A DNA stretch of 64,000 bases from a virus (IMGVR_UViG_3300023174_004816:1-64000), one strand, 5' to 3'; shown: positions 1-10,827, counted from the stretch's first letter. Made by a program: numbers and translations. Notes: generated by a model from the sequence alone, not told the origin.

Positions 1-65
1 CGCTCAAGAACAGTTGGATAAATGTGTAAATCTGGCTAAATACTGGCAACTAAAAGGATTCAAAG

Positions 66-1094
66 ATGAAACTGCAAGAATTGGAATCAAGAACCAAAAT
101 ACAACAAAGCCTCAAAGTATTTGAGAGCCATTTTGGACAGACATTGGCCATTGATGCCATGACCCCACAAAAAGCACAGATGATGCTTCGCAAAGTGCGT
201 GGCTTGATCAAAGAGCATCGCTCCACTCCTGAGTTCCATCGTAGCGAACAAAATCCCAACTATCTCAAGTTGATAGTAATGGAACGAGCTCTTGAAGCTC
301 GCATGAAAGAATCACAGCCTGGCGCCGCACCTGGCATGGCCATGGCACAGCAGACTCCTGCACAACAGGCCGCTGCCGCCCAGAACAAACCCATGAATGG
401 CGATCTAGCACGTGGCGTAGCCAAAGTTGCCACAGCCACAGGTCAAGGCGGTCAAGCACAAAAACTTACCAAAGCCATACAAAGCACCATGGCTGGCAAG
501 GCATTGGATGCAGGTAGCAAAGCCGCATTGGCACAGCATGAACTTGGCATTGCCAACATCATGAAAGACCCAGCACAAGCCAACAAACTACAACAGATGT
601 TGAAACAGGCATCTGCTCAAGCCACAGCTGAAAGCCGTGCAAAGAGTGGACGTCGTTTGCGTGAAGCCAGCGAGATTCAACAAGCTCAAGTAGTATTGGC
701 CGCTCAAGACATGGTTGATCAAGTACAGAAAATGATTGAACAAGTGTCAGCCATGCAGTTCAAAGATTTGCCAGCATTGGTAGATTCAATCCGCAATGAT
801 GTTGGTATGGATCAAGCACAACAATTCAACAACGATGTCACAGCCGCACTACAAGGTCTTATCCAGGGCCTCCAGGGCAGTAAAACCCAACTGGAAACCG
901 CACAAGGTGTACTCACAGGTCAAGCCCCAGTGGTGCCCGGACAAGATGCTGGCGCCGCAGGAGCCGCTCCCCTTCCAGGAGCAGATGTACCCGATGTTGA
1001 CACTGGTGAAGAAGAAGTAGACCTTAGCCTAGATGCAAATCTAGACACAGAAGAACTTCCGCCAGCCAAGACACTGGGCCGCGAGCGTAGATAA
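66..1094 (+). CDS. hypothetical Gln/Ala-rich protein, low-complexity central region
   Basis: 342-aa ORF; AQQAAAAQ / QGGQAQ low-complexity stretches and an acidic C-terminus; no recognisable catalytic motif. Confidence 0.45.
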   Translation: MKLQELESRTKIQQSLKVFESHFGQTLAIDAMTPQKAQMMLRKVRGLIKEHRSTPEFHRSEQNPNYLKLIVMERALEARMKESQPGAAPGMAMAQQTPAQQAAAAQNKPMNGDLARGVAKVATATGQGGQAQKLTKAIQSTMAGKALDAGSKAALAQHELGIANIMKDPAQANKLQQMLKQASAQATAESRAKSGRRLREASEIQQAQVVLAAQDMVDQVQKMIEQVSAMQFKDLPALVDSIRNDVGMDQAQQFNNDVTAALQGLIQGLQGSKTQLETAQGVLTGQAPVVPGQDAGAAGAAPLPGADVPDVDTGEEEVDLSLDANLDTEELPPAKTLGRERR

Positions 1095-1095
1095 T

Positions 1096-1434
1096 ATGTT
1101 GATCCGTGAATTCCAGGATCCAGACTCAATGAAACTGGCCGCCATAGGCCAGTTTTTACTCAAACGAGCACAGGACACTGATGCAATCAAACCAATGAGC
1201 GTGGATGCGTTTGTTAAGATTGCACGTGAAAACGGTATCAATATGACAGCAGACCGTTTTCGTTTGCTGGCCAGCCAACAACCTTTGAACAACATAATCG
1301 ACAACGTGCAAGGCGATGAGATTATTTGGAAAGGCACCACTGTTGCTGGAGCCCCGGGAGGCGATAAAATGAGCGTGGATCAAGCTCGTAAAACTGTGAA
1401 CCAAATGGCCAAGCGTGCCATTGATCTCAAGTAA
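1096..1434 (+). CDS. hypothetical protein
   Basis: 112-aa ORF starting 2 nt after the previous stop; no motif recognised. Confidence 0.4.
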   Translation: MLIREFQDPDSMKLAAIGQFLLKRAQDTDAIKPMSVDAFVKIARENGINMTADRFRLLASQQPLNNIIDNVQGDEIIWKGTTVAGAPGGDKMSVDQARKTVNQMAKRAIDLK

Positions 1435-1446
1435 ATACCAAAACGG

Positions 1447-1475
1447 TTGACTCTGTCAACAAAAACCATTATAAT
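1447..1475 (+). promoter_or_regulatory. sigma70-like promoter (cGGTTGACT-17-TATAAT) upstream of iscU
   Basis: TTGACT at 1447-1452, 17-nt spacer, TATAAT at 1470-1475, then a GGAG RBS and ATG at 1494. Confidence 0.55.
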
Positions 1476-1493
1476 AAACGATAGGAGATCGGT

Positions 1494-1883
1494 ATGGCTT
1501 ATTCTGACAAAGTGATTGATCATTATGAAAATCCACGCAACGTGGGCAAACTGGACATAGATGATTCAGTGGGCACAGGCATGGTTGGTGCACCTGCATG
1601 CGGTGATGTAATGAAATTACAAATAAAGGTGGATAATGATACAGGTATTATTACAGACGCTAAATTTAAAACGTATGGCTGCGGCTCGGCGATTGCGAGC
1701 TCAAGCCTTGTCACAGAGTGGGTCAAAGGAAAAACACTCGACGAAGCCGGAGCAATTAAAAACAGTCAAATTGCCGAAGAACTAGCATTACCTCCTGTTA
1801 AAATACATTGCTCCATTCTTGCTGAGGATGCTATCAAGGCGGCCATAGAAGACTATCGTAAAAAACATGATATCAATAACTGA
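1494..1883 (+). CDS. iscU: Fe-S cluster assembly scaffold IscU/NifU-like
   Basis: MAYSDKVIDHYENPRNVG N-terminus, GAPACGDVMKL and CGSAIASS cysteine motifs typical of IscU. Confidence 0.85.
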   Translation: MAYSDKVIDHYENPRNVGKLDIDDSVGTGMVGAPACGDVMKLQIKVDNDTGIITDAKFKTYGCGSAIASSSLVTEWVKGKTLDEAGAIKNSQIAEELALPPVKIHCSILAEDAIKAAIEDYRKKHDINN

Positions 1884-2196
1884 ACTAGCGGCCTGCAAAG
1901 TCAAAGAAAATCTAGCTCGCCGTGGACAGGGTCTTGGTATCAAAATTGGTGTACGCACAACAGGATGTTCAGGGCTTGCGTACACTTTAGAATATGTTGA
2001 TGTTGAACAAGGGCAACAACACTGTGTGGCTCACTATGATGTCAATGGTGTGCGAGTCTATGTCGATCCCAAACATCAACCCTATCTCGAAGGCATGACC
2101 ATGGATTGGGTCCGCAATGGACTCAATGAAGGTTTTGATTTTATTAACCCCAACGAACGTGACCGCTGTGGATGCGGAGAAAGTTTTCGTGTATAA
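1867..2196 (+). CDS. iscA: Fe-S cluster insertion protein IscA/HesB family
   Basis: C-terminal CGCGESF motif plus an upstream conserved Cys (TTGCSG); overlaps the iscU stop. Confidence 0.8.
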   Translation: MISITELAACKVKENLARRGQGLGIKIGVRTTGCSGLAYTLEYVDVEQGQQHCVAHYDVNGVRVYVDPKHQPYLEGMTMDWVRNGLNEGFDFINPNERDRCGCGESFRV

Positions 2197-2902
2197 CCCA
2201 AAATTTGATTACAAACCACTTAGTCGCACCAGCGAAGATGGTAAGCGTTTGTATTTGACACCCGATGGAAAAAAGTTGCCCAGTGTAACTACCATACTTG
2301 AAAAAACCAAGCCTGAAGAAAAGAAACGTGCTTTAAATGAGTGGCGCAATCGTGTGGGTCATGCACAAGCACAGGCCATTACCACTGAAGCTGCCAACCG
2401 CGGTACTAGAATGCACACTTACTTGGAGCACTATGTCAAAACAGGTGAACTCAAAGAACGTGGGTCAAATCCCTACTCGTGGGCCAGTCATGCCATGGCA
2501 GAAACTGTGATTGAGGATGGTCTTAAAAATGTTTCAGAATTCTGGGGCGTAGAAATACCTTTGTATTTCCCCAAACTCTATGCAGGCACCACCGACGGTG
2601 CAGGCATACATTTAAACAACGAAAGTATTCTAGACTACAAGCAAACCAACAAACCCAAGCGTGAAGAATGGATTGAAGATTATTTCTTACAGCTCACTGC
2701 CTATGCTCTAGCACACAACGAAGTCTACGGTACAAACATACGCAAAGGTGTGGTGTTGATGTGTGTAAAACCCGAGGTTGATGCCATGGGCAATCCCACA
2801 ACAGCGCCACAATACCAAGAATTTGTGCTAAAAGAAGCGGATTTTGATCACTGGGAACAACAGTGGTGGAAGCGTCTTGAGCTCTATTACTTGACCAGCT
2901 AA
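2117..2902 (+). CDS. PD-(D/E)XK nuclease superfamily protein (RecB/Cas4/lambda-exo-like); the start may be GTG 2189
   Basis: GTTDGAG...ILDYKQT motif (D...D/E-x-K) and RGTRMH; the ORF overlaps the iscA end, so the start is uncertain. Confidence 0.55.
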   Translation: MDSMKVLILLTPTNVTAVDAEKVFVYNPKFDYKPLSRTSEDGKRLYLTPDGKKLPSVTTILEKTKPEEKKRALNEWRNRVGHAQAQAITTEAANRGTRMHTYLEHYVKTGELKERGSNPYSWASHAMAETVIEDGLKNVSEFWGVEIPLYFPKLYAGTTDGAGIHLNNESILDYKQTNKPKREEWIEDYFLQLTAYALAHNEVYGTNIRKGVVLMCVKPEVDAMGNPTTAPQYQEFVLKEADFDHWEQQWWKRLELYYLTS

Positions 2903-2922
2903 ATATGTGATCGGAGACAAGA

Positions 2923-4782
2923 ATGGCAATAGTACAGATATCACGTATCACCCAGCGTAAAGGACTCAGCGAAAACTTACCGCAGTTAGCGGGTGCAGAG
3001 TTTGGGTGGGTTATAGACGAACGCAGATTGTTCATTGGCAATGGCACCATACAAGAAGGTGCTCCTGCTATTGGCAATACAGAAATCCTCACAGAATATT
3101 CAGATATATTTGCCATTGCTGGTCTCTATACCTACAAAGGTGAAGCTGGTGGCTACACTGTACAAACAGGACCCACAGCTGGAGATCCTGTACAAAGAAC
3201 TCTGCAATCAGTGTTGGATGAAACAGCCAGCGTCAAAGACTTTGGCGCCACTGGTGACGGTGACACAGACGACACAGAAGCCATTAACCGTGCCCTGTAT
3301 CAAATGTTCTGCAGAGAAAATAATCCGCAAGTGCGTCGTAGTTTGTTTTTTCCAGCAGGCATATATCGTGTAACAGATAGTATCAAGATTCCGCCCTACT
3401 GCAAACTCTACGGAGAAGGTGGTGATAGTTCTGTTATCTTTTTAACTGCCGCAGATGATTCCACAGTGGCAACTTATGTGGCGCAGACTGCAGACAGTTT
3501 ACAACAGACTGGTGTGAACATTGGCAACAATGGTGCGGCTACACCACAGAACATTGAAATCTATAACATGGGTTTCCAGAGTAACGAAGAGATTGACTTG
3601 TTCTTGATTGAAGACGCAGAACAAATCAGTTTTCAAGACGTCAGCTTCAATGGCCCGTTTGATCAAAACGACATTGCCAATGCACAAGGTGTGAGCTCTT
3701 TTGACACAGGATCGTTAGTAGGTGGAACCAGTTATGTCAATGCAACCAATGTGGCCACAAGCAACTCAGGATCAGGATTTGGCCTAACAGTAAACATCAC
3801 GGCAGCCGGTGCAGTGACCCTGGTCACTGTAAACAATCCTGGGCAAGGCTATGCAGTGGGAGATGTCATCACTATCTCAGGAGGCAACGACAATGCCACT
3901 ATAGAAGTGTTGTCTACATTCAACAGAATAACCACCGCTGACATTGCCTCGGTACGTTTCGCCAGCACTGTAAGTACAATTACAAATACAGTGACATTTG
4001 ACACTTGTCATTTTACTGGATCAAGTTATGCATTTGATGCCGATGAGCAAATACAAGGTATCACTGTACAAAACTCACGATTTGATACACTATGGCAAGG
4101 TGCCTTGATTGGTGCAGGAACTCCAGTCAACGGTGGCCCTAGTGGATTCCGCTTGTTACACAACTTGTTCGATGCTATCTATCACGAAGGTATCATAATA
4201 GGAGCAGTTCAAAACAACATGTCTGGCTTCAACATCTTCTTGGATGTGGCCACAGATTTCCAAGGTGGAAATCAAACTCCATCTACTCCAATTATCAACA
4301 TCAACGGTGACAACAACGTATCGTTTGGCGACATGTTTGAAAGAGATGAAACGTTTAATCTCGTTGAACCTCGCATTGAAATCAACAATAAAAAAGTATT
4401 TGCTCTTGACAAAGGTGAACGTTATAAGTTTGGAACTTATGGACAGGATGTTGGCAAAGAGGTATACTTGGATCTAACCAACACTCCAATCACAGTCATA
4501 ACTTGGCTTCCAGAACAGGCCGAGGCTTTTACTATGCAATATAAGTTTAGAGACCCATTGAATTTAACTACCAGGTATGGAACCTTACAAGTTGTTGCCG
4601 CTGACGGAGATGATTCTTCAGGCACATTGACTTATACAGATGATTACAGTGAAAACAATCCTACATACCTCACACTTGATGTAGTTCAAGTAGGCGGTGA
4701 GGTAGAGGTACAATATACATTACCATCGGGCAGTGGCGCCAGTGGTGGCACATTAAAGTACTCAATCAGCTATCTAGGATAA
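2923..4782 (+). CDS. tailspike/tail fibre protein with a pectate-lyase-like beta-helix domain
   Basis: VKDFGATGDGDTDDTEAINRAL motif (Pectate_lyase_3-type, common in phage tailspikes); 619 aa, Gly/Thr/Asn-rich repeats. Confidence 0.7.
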   Translation: MAIVQISRITQRKGLSENLPQLAGAEFGWVIDERRLFIGNGTIQEGAPAIGNTEILTEYSDIFAIAGLYTYKGEAGGYTVQTGPTAGDPVQRTLQSVLDETASVKDFGATGDGDTDDTEAINRALYQMFCRENNPQVRRSLFFPAGIYRVTDSIKIPPYCKLYGEGGDSSVIFLTAADDSTVATYVAQTADSLQQTGVNIGNNGAATPQNIEIYNMGFQSNEEIDLFLIEDAEQISFQDVSFNGPFDQNDIANAQGVSSFDTGSLVGGTSYVNATNVATSNSGSGFGLTVNITAAGAVTLVTVNNPGQGYAVGDVITISGGNDNATIEVLSTFNRITTADIASVRFASTVSTITNTVTFDTCHFTGSSYAFDADEQIQGITVQNSRFDTLWQGALIGAGTPVNGGPSGFRLLHNLFDAIYHEGIIIGAVQNNMSGFNIFLDVATDFQGGNQTPSTPIININGDNNVSFGDMFERDETFNLVEPRIEINNKKVFALDKGERYKFGTYGQDVGKEVYLDLTNTPITVITWLPEQAEAFTMQYKFRDPLNLTTRYGTLQVVAADGDDSSGTLTYTDDYSENNPTYLTLDVVQVGGEVEVQYTLPSGSGASGGTLKYSISYLG

Positions 4783-4784
4783 CT

Positions 4785-5216
4785 GTGTGGCCAGACCGGT
4801 ATGAAGACCGGTTATCCCAGTGGCATCAATTGCGGCAGGATAACCAAACCAATAATTTAGAAACAGCATTGTTGACCATCAATGATTGGTGGCAACGTGT
4901 CCCTGTTGTCAATCACTATCTGCATTGGGATGATCTCGAAACTTGGCCAGATCCCTGGGATCTTTTAGCCGATAATCACTTCTGTAATCTTGCAAAAGCC
5001 CTGGGAATAGTGTATACTTTACACATGATTGGTCGAGATGACATAACCGCTGTGGCAATAGCCAACAATGGCGATTCTAACGACAATTTAGTCCTGGTCA
5101 ATGAGGGAAAATATATACTGAATTGGGCTCCTGGCGAATTGTTAAATATCACATCCAAACAAGTAACAATAAAAAGAAGCGTAGATTCACAAGCGGTAAC
5201 AAAGAAAATCAACTGA
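4785..5216 (+). CDS. hypothetical protein
   Basis: 143-aa ORF starting 3 nt after the tailspike stop. Confidence 0.4.
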   Translation: MWPDRYEDRLSQWHQLRQDNQTNNLETALLTINDWWQRVPVVNHYLHWDDLETWPDPWDLLADNHFCNLAKALGIVYTLHMIGRDDITAVAIANNGDSNDNLVLVNEGKYILNWAPGELLNITSKQVTIKRSVDSQAVTKKIN

Positions 5217-5223
5217 GGTAGCG

Positions 5224-7539
5224 ATGACACAGATACAAATTACAAAAAGAGACGGCAACAAAGAGCCGCTGGATTTAGAAAAATTACACAAAGTAGTATT
5301 TTGGGCCACAGAAGGAATAACTGGGGTCTCAGCAAGTCAAGTAGAAATAAAATCACACATACAGTTTTACAATGGAATCAAGACAGCAGACATTCAAGAA
5401 ACATTGATCAAGAGTGCGGCTGATCTTATCACAGAAGAAACACCCAACTATCAATATGTAGCAGGTCGATTGATTTGTTATCATCTACGCAAGCAGGTGT
5501 ATGGTCAATTCCAACCATGGCACATACTTGATCTAGTCAAAAAGAATGTGGACGCTGGCTTTTATGATGCAGAATTACTGGAAGCCTATGACACAGACGA
5601 ATGGGAACGCATTAACTCATTTATCCGCCACGATCGTGACGAACAGTTGACCTATGCTGCCATGGAGCAGTTCCGTGGCAAGTATCTTGTGCAAAATCGT
5701 GTCACCAAAGAAATCTTTGAAACACCACAGATGGCCTATGCGCTAATTGCTGCCACTTTGTTTCAAAACTATCCCAAAGACAGTCGCATGATGTGGGTGC
5801 GTGATTACTATGATGCCATCAGCCAACATCAAGTTTCATTGCCTACTCCTGTGATGGCCGGTGTCCGTACTCCTATGCGACAGTTTTCATCATGTGTATT
5901 GATTGAAACCGATGACAGCCTTGACTCGATCAATGCCACCTCAAGTTCTATTGTCAAGTACGTAAGTCAAAAAGCCGGTATTGGTATTGGCGCTGGTCGT
6001 ATTCGTGCTCTGGGATCACCCATTCGCAATGGTGATGCATACCATACAGGTGTTATTCCTTTTTACAAAATGTTTCAGGCGGCTACCCGCTCGTGTAGCC
6101 AAGGCGGTGTACGCAATGGAGCCGCCACTCTTTATTATCCAATTTGGCATTACGAAGTTGAAGACCTGCTAGTTCTCAAAAACAACAAAGGTACCGAGGA
6201 CAATCGTGTTCGCCACATGGACTACGGTATCCAGTTCAACAAAGTAATGTACGAGCGATTGTTGTCCGGCGGAGATATAACCCTGTTCTCGCCTCATGAT
6301 GTACCCGAGATGTATGAAGCTTTCTTCACTGATGTAGATCGTTTCCGTGAACTGTATGAAACAGCCGAACGAAATACCAAACTCCGTAAGAAGAAAATCA
6401 AAGCCATAGATTTGTTTACTGCATTCATGCAAGAACGCAAAGACACTGGTCGCATTTATCTACAAAACGTTGATCATGCCAACACTCACGGTAGTTTCAA
6501 ACCTGACTTGGCCCCTGTTAAAATGAGCAACCTCTGCTGTGAGATTACTCTGCCAACCAAACCTTTGACTGATGTGCATGATGACAAAGGTGAGATTGCT
6601 CTTTGTACACTCAGTGCAATCAACTGGGGTGTGTTCCGTGATCCAGAAGACATGGAGAAAGCCTGCACGTTGTCTGTGCGTGGTCTGGATGCGTTGTTGA
6701 GTTATCAAAACTATCCCATCATTGCCGCACAGTTGGCCACTGAAGCACGACGTCCGTTGGGTGTTGGTATCATTAACTTTGCCTACTGGTTGGCCAAGAA
6801 CGACTTGAGTTACAGTGATCCGGCGGCCTTGCCCGTGGTTGATCGTTGGGCGCAACACTGGTCATATTACTTGATCAAAGCGTCGGCAGATCTAGCACGT
6901 GAGTTTGGTGCTTGCCCCAAGAGCAATGAAACCAAATATGGTGATGGTATCCTTCCTGTTGACACATACAAACACGAAGTTGATGAACTAGTACCTCACG
7001 TTGATGCTGTAGACTGGGCTGGACTACGTGCTCAGTTAAAACAGCACGGTATTCGCAATTCCACCTTGATGGCGCTAATGCCTGCAGAAACATCAGCGCA
7101 AATTTCAAACTCTACCAACGGAGTAGAACCTCCACGCAGTTATGTTTCAATCAAGCAAAGCAAGGATGGCGTACTCCGACAAGTAGTTCCTGAATATCGT
7201 AGACTTAAAAACAAGTATGAACTGTTGTGGGATCAGAAAACCCCAGAAGGTTATTTGAGAATCATGGCCATTCTCCAGAAGTATATTGACCAGGGCATAT
7301 CCGTAAATACCTCATATAACCCACAGTTCTTTGATGATGAGAAGATACCAATGAGTGAGATGCTCAAGCATGTGATTATGTTTTACAAGTACGGTGGCAA
7401 ACAGCTCTACTACTTTAACACCTACGATGGGTCGGGCGAAATCGATATTGATCGTATGAACAATAAAGAACTAATTATTGAGTCAGTAGACACTAGTTTA
7501 TCCGCAGACGATGCCGACTGCGACAGTTGCAAAATATAA
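5224..7539 (+). CDS. nrdA: ribonucleoside-diphosphate reductase class Ia alpha subunit
   Basis: N-terminal ATP-cone (VTKRDGNKEPLDLEKLHKV); 771 aa; catalytic-region motifs (NLCCEI, PAETSAQ); followed by nrdB. Confidence 0.93.
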   Translation: MTQIQITKRDGNKEPLDLEKLHKVVFWATEGITGVSASQVEIKSHIQFYNGIKTADIQETLIKSAADLITEETPNYQYVAGRLICYHLRKQVYGQFQPWHILDLVKKNVDAGFYDAELLEAYDTDEWERINSFIRHDRDEQLTYAAMEQFRGKYLVQNRVTKEIFETPQMAYALIAATLFQNYPKDSRMMWVRDYYDAISQHQVSLPTPVMAGVRTPMRQFSSCVLIETDDSLDSINATSSSIVKYVSQKAGIGIGAGRIRALGSPIRNGDAYHTGVIPFYKMFQAATRSCSQGGVRNGAATLYYPIWHYEVEDLLVLKNNKGTEDNRVRHMDYGIQFNKVMYERLLSGGDITLFSPHDVPEMYEAFFTDVDRFRELYETAERNTKLRKKKIKAIDLFTAFMQERKDTGRIYLQNVDHANTHGSFKPDLAPVKMSNLCCEITLPTKPLTDVHDDKGEIALCTLSAINWGVFRDPEDMEKACTLSVRGLDALLSYQNYPIIAAQLATEARRPLGVGIINFAYWLAKNDLSYSDPAALPVVDRWAQHWSYYLIKASADLAREFGACPKSNETKYGDGILPVDTYKHEVDELVPHVDAVDWAGLRAQLKQHGIRNSTLMALMPAETSAQISNSTNGVEPPRSYVSIKQSKDGVLRQVVPEYRRLKNKYELLWDQKTPEGYLRIMAILQKYIDQGISVNTSYNPQFFDDEKIPMSEMLKHVIMFYKYGGKQLYYFNTYDGSGEIDIDRMNNKELIIESVDTSLSADDADCDSCKI

Positions 7540-7551
7540 AAGAGAAAAACA

Positions 7552-8679
7552 ATGAGCGTACTTAATCTTCAGAAGAATCGTGACCACACCACCAGCCTGG
7601 CCTTTCTTGACCCCAAAGGCGGGTTAGGCATGCAAAGATATGATACACTAAAGTATCGTCAGTTTGACAAACTCACAGACAAGCAGTTGGGATTTTTTTG
7701 GCGGCCAGAAGAAATAGATGTGCTACGTGATGCCAAAGACTTCAAAGACCTTACACCTTTTGAACAGCATATTTTCACTGCCAATCTCAAGCGTCAGATC
7801 CTGTTGGATTCAGTGCAAGGTCGTAGCCCTAATCTAGCGTTCCTTCCTATTGTTACATTGCCAGAATTAGAAACATGGATCGAAACCTGGGCATTTTCAG
7901 AAACCATTCACAGTCGTTCATACACACATATCATCCGTAATGTATATTCAGATCCTGGCAAGGTATTTGATGAGATGCTGGATGTGGACGACATCATCCA
8001 ATGTGGCAATGACATTTCCAAATACTATGACGACTTGATACAATATAGTCAATGGTATCAATTGTTGGGAGAAGGCCAACATGAGTGCAACGGTAAGAAA
8101 TTTGAAATCTCTGCCTATGAGCTCAAGAAAAAATTGTGGGTGTGTCTTAACAGTGTAAACGTGTTGGAAGGCATACGTTTCTATGTTTCATTTGCATGTT
8201 CATGGGCTTTTGCTGAACTAAAGAAAATGGAAGGCAACGCCAAGATCATCAAATTGATTGCTCGTGATGAGAATGTGCATCTTGGGTTCAGTCAAAGCCT
8301 GCTAAAGATACTGCCGCAGGACGATCCTGATTTTGCTAAAATCAAACAAGAAACAGAATCTGAAGTAGTGACTATGTTTGAGTCAGCTGTGGCGCAGGAA
8401 GAAGCCTGGGCAGACTACTTGTTCAAAGACGGAAGCATGATTGGTCTCAACAAGCAGTTACTCTGCGACTATGTAGAGTGGATTGCTCACAAACGTATGA
8501 CTGCCTTGGGGTTACCCAATAAATATCGCGGTGGATCCAACCCACTGCCGTGGACACAGAAATGGATTGCCGGCGGCGATGTACAAGTAGCACCACAAGA
8601 AACAGAAATCACCAGCTATGTCATAGGTGGTACCAAACAAGACGTAGATTCAAATACATTTACAGGAATGAGTTTATAG
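7552..8679 (+). CDS. nrdB: ribonucleoside-diphosphate reductase beta subunit
   Basis: 375 aa; ferritin-like di-iron motifs (EGIRFY, ARDENVH); immediately downstream of nrdA. Confidence 0.92.
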   Translation: MSVLNLQKNRDHTTSLAFLDPKGGLGMQRYDTLKYRQFDKLTDKQLGFFWRPEEIDVLRDAKDFKDLTPFEQHIFTANLKRQILLDSVQGRSPNLAFLPIVTLPELETWIETWAFSETIHSRSYTHIIRNVYSDPGKVFDEMLDVDDIIQCGNDISKYYDDLIQYSQWYQLLGEGQHECNGKKFEISAYELKKKLWVCLNSVNVLEGIRFYVSFACSWAFAELKKMEGNAKIIKLIARDENVHLGFSQSLLKILPQDDPDFAKIKQETESEVVTMFESAVAQEEAWADYLFKDGSMIGLNKQLLCDYVEWIAHKRMTALGLPNKYRGGSNPLPWTQKWIAGGDVQVAPQETEITSYVIGGTKQDVDSNTFTGMSL

Positions 8680-9891
8680 ATGAAAAAACGGAATTATACA
8701 CAAGAGGATGTAAAAAAGTTACAAGGCAGTTTAAAAATAGAATACACATTGGCCCGACGTGGCGCTACAAAACTACGTGAATTGTTGGCCACAGAACCAT
8801 TTGTTCCTACACTGGGTGCATACAATGGACAGCAGGCAGTACAACATGCCAAAGCTGGACTCAAAGCAATTTATCTATCAGGATGGCAAGTAGCGGCAGC
8901 TGCCAACACAGCAGGCCGTGTGTATCCAGACCAAAGTCTATATCCAGTTGACTCAGTTCCGTCTGTTGTTAAAGAAATCAACAATGCGCTTCGCCGTGCA
9001 GATCAAATACAAACTTTGGAAGGTGTTGGCAACACAGATTATTATCTACCTATCATCGCCGACTGTGAAGCAGGCTTTGGAGGTGCGCTAAACGCATACG
9101 AATTAACCTTGAGCTGTATTGAAGCAGGTGCGGCCGCTGTACACTTTGAAGATCAATTGAGTTCGGAAAAGAAGTGTGGTCACCTGGGAGGCAAAGTGCT
9201 GATTCCCACACGACAAGCCATACGAAATCTAAATGCCGCAAGACTGGCCGCTGATGTATCAGGAGTAGACACAGTGATCCTGGCACGTACAGATGCAGAA
9301 TCTGCCACACTGATCACATCAGACATAGACCCAATTGATCAACCATTTGTTAATTATTACAAAAACCGTACACCAGAAGGATTCTGGCATTTTAACAATG
9401 GCTTGGATGCGTGTATCGCTCGTGGTCTTGCTTATGCTGAATACGCAGACTTGCTATGGTTTGAAACATCAACTCCGGACTTAGAGCAAGCACAAAAGTT
9501 TGCCGATGCCATACATGCCAAGTTTCCAGATCAAATGTTGGCTTACAACTGTTCGCCCAGTTTTAACTGGCGCAAGTATCTCACTGAAGATGAGTGCGAA
9601 ACTTTCCAAGCCAAGATTGGCGCCATGGGTTACAAGTACCAATTCATTACCTTGGCTGGCTTTCATTGCAACAACTTGGCCACCTTTGAAATGGCCGAAG
9701 CCTATCAGAAAACAGGCATGCGTGGTTACAGTGAAATGCAACAACGTGAATTTGCCGCACAAGAGCGTGGCTTTACCACAGTCAAACATCAGCGTGAAGC
9801 AGGTGTTCCATACTTTGATGCCATTGCCACAGCGGTAGGTGCCACCAGCACAACAGCACTTGAGCACTCAACAGAAGCGGATCAATTCTAA
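8680..9891 (+). CDS. aceA: isocitrate lyase
   Basis: Exact ICL signature KKCGHLGGK; C-terminal [11 protein letters not shown]...[12 protein letters not shown] and STEADQF strongly resemble E. coli AceA. Confidence 0.88.
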   Translation: MKKRNYTQEDVKKLQGSLKIEYTLARRGATKLRELLATEPFVPTLGAYNGQQAVQHAKAGLKAIYLSGWQVAAAANTAGRVYPDQSLYPVDSVPSVVKEINNALRRADQIQTLEGVGNTDYYLPIIADCEAGFGGALNAYELTLSCIEAGAAAVHFEDQLSSEKKCGHLGGKVLIPTRQAIRNLNAARLAADVSGVDTVILARTDAESATLITSDIDPIDQPFVNYYKNRTPEGFWHFNNGLDACIARGLAYAEYADLLWFETSTPDLEQAQKFADAIHAKFPDQMLAYNCSPSFNWRKYLTEDECETFQAKIGAMGYKYQFITLAGFHCNNLATFEMAEAYQKTGMRGYSEMQQREFAAQERGFTTVKHQREAGVPYFDAIATAVGATSTTALEHSTEADQF

Positions 9892-10556
9892 TGCTTGAAA
9901 CCTGTTGCGATATCCTTGTAGATGCATACAAGCGTAACTGGATTACCAGTCGTGATGGAAATATTTCTATACGTCATCACGACCGTGATCACTTTTACAT
10001 TACTCCCAGTGGTGTACGTAAACAAACCATGCAACCAGATCAGTTTAAAAAAATTCTGATCAAACCACCTAATTCTTGGAACGAACTAGGTACTGGTCTA
10101 TTAGCTGATCGGTGGGGATGGAAAGAGTTGCCTTACAGTGATATCAGTTCCAATCTAAAACCCAGCGGAGAACTTCCTCTGCACTTTGGTTTACAAAAAC
10201 AAATGGGACAACATCGCGGAGAAGTACGAGTGGTAGTGCATGTACATCCTACCTACTGTATCGCTGCCATGCATGCTGGAATAGACTTAAGCACTGTCAG
10301 TAACGCCTTTCCAGAGCTTAATCGCTACACTCGAGTGGCACCCAATGTTGGAGATGTTCCGCCAATCAGTCAAGAGCTGGCTGATCAGTGTCACAAAAAC
10401 CTACAGCTAGACAATGAAGGTAACATTGCCTATGACATAGTGGGCATCAAAGGGCACGGTGTTGTGGCCATTGACACAACTCCCTGGCGAGCCTATGAAC
10501 ACATAGAACGCTTAGAACACATTTGCAAGATTGTACTTGCTTCAGGAAAATATTAA
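9891..10556 (+). CDS. class II aldolase/adducin-like protein (putative)
   Basis: VVVHVHPTY resembles the zinc-binding HxH motif of class II aldolases and epimerases; start overlaps the aceA stop (TAATG). Confidence 0.4.
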   Translation: MLETCCDILVDAYKRNWITSRDGNISIRHHDRDHFYITPSGVRKQTMQPDQFKKILIKPPNSWNELGTGLLADRWGWKELPYSDISSNLKPSGELPLHFGLQKQMGQHRGEVRVVVHVHPTYCIAAMHAGIDLSTVSNAFPELNRYTRVAPNVGDVPPISQELADQCHKNLQLDNEGNIAYDIVGIKGHGVVAIDTTPWRAYEHIERLEHICKIVLASGKY

Positions 10557-10557
10557 C

Positions 10558-10827
10558 ATGCTTACAGTATATTCAAAAAAACATTGTCCATTTTGCGATC
10601 GAGCCAAGGCATTGTTGACTAACAAAAATATCGCGTTTGAAGAAATCAAAATAGACGAGAATGAAAATGCTCGAGAGTTTATCATGGAGCAAGGGCATCG
10701 CACAGTTCCGCAGATTTATCATCAAGGCAAATTATTTGTTGAAGGTGGGTTCCAAGGTTTAAGTAAGCTGAGCACAGACGAGATTCGTACTCGTATGGGC
10801 CTTACTGATAACCTAGGAACCTTATGA
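10558..10827 (+). CDS. glutaredoxin (NrdH/Grx-like, CPFC active site)
   Basis: KKHCPFCDRAKALL active site; the ORF track starts at 10531, but ATG 10558 with an upstream AGGAAAA lies just after the previous stop. Confidence 0.8.
   Translation: MLTVYSKKHCPFCDRAKALLTNKNIAFEEIKIDENENAREFIMEQGHRTVPQIYHQGKLFVEGGFQGLSKLSTDEIRTRMGLTDNLGTL

Noticed and set aside
265-459. Numerous 60-110-aa antisense or alternative-frame ORFs nested in large genes, such as 265-459 minus, 796-1020 plus, 6169-6858 minus, 12214-12672 minus and 20191-20886 minus
   Set aside because: They are embedded in genes with strong family motifs (nrdA, clpX, tailspike and others) and lack RBSs. This is typical ORF-finder noise.
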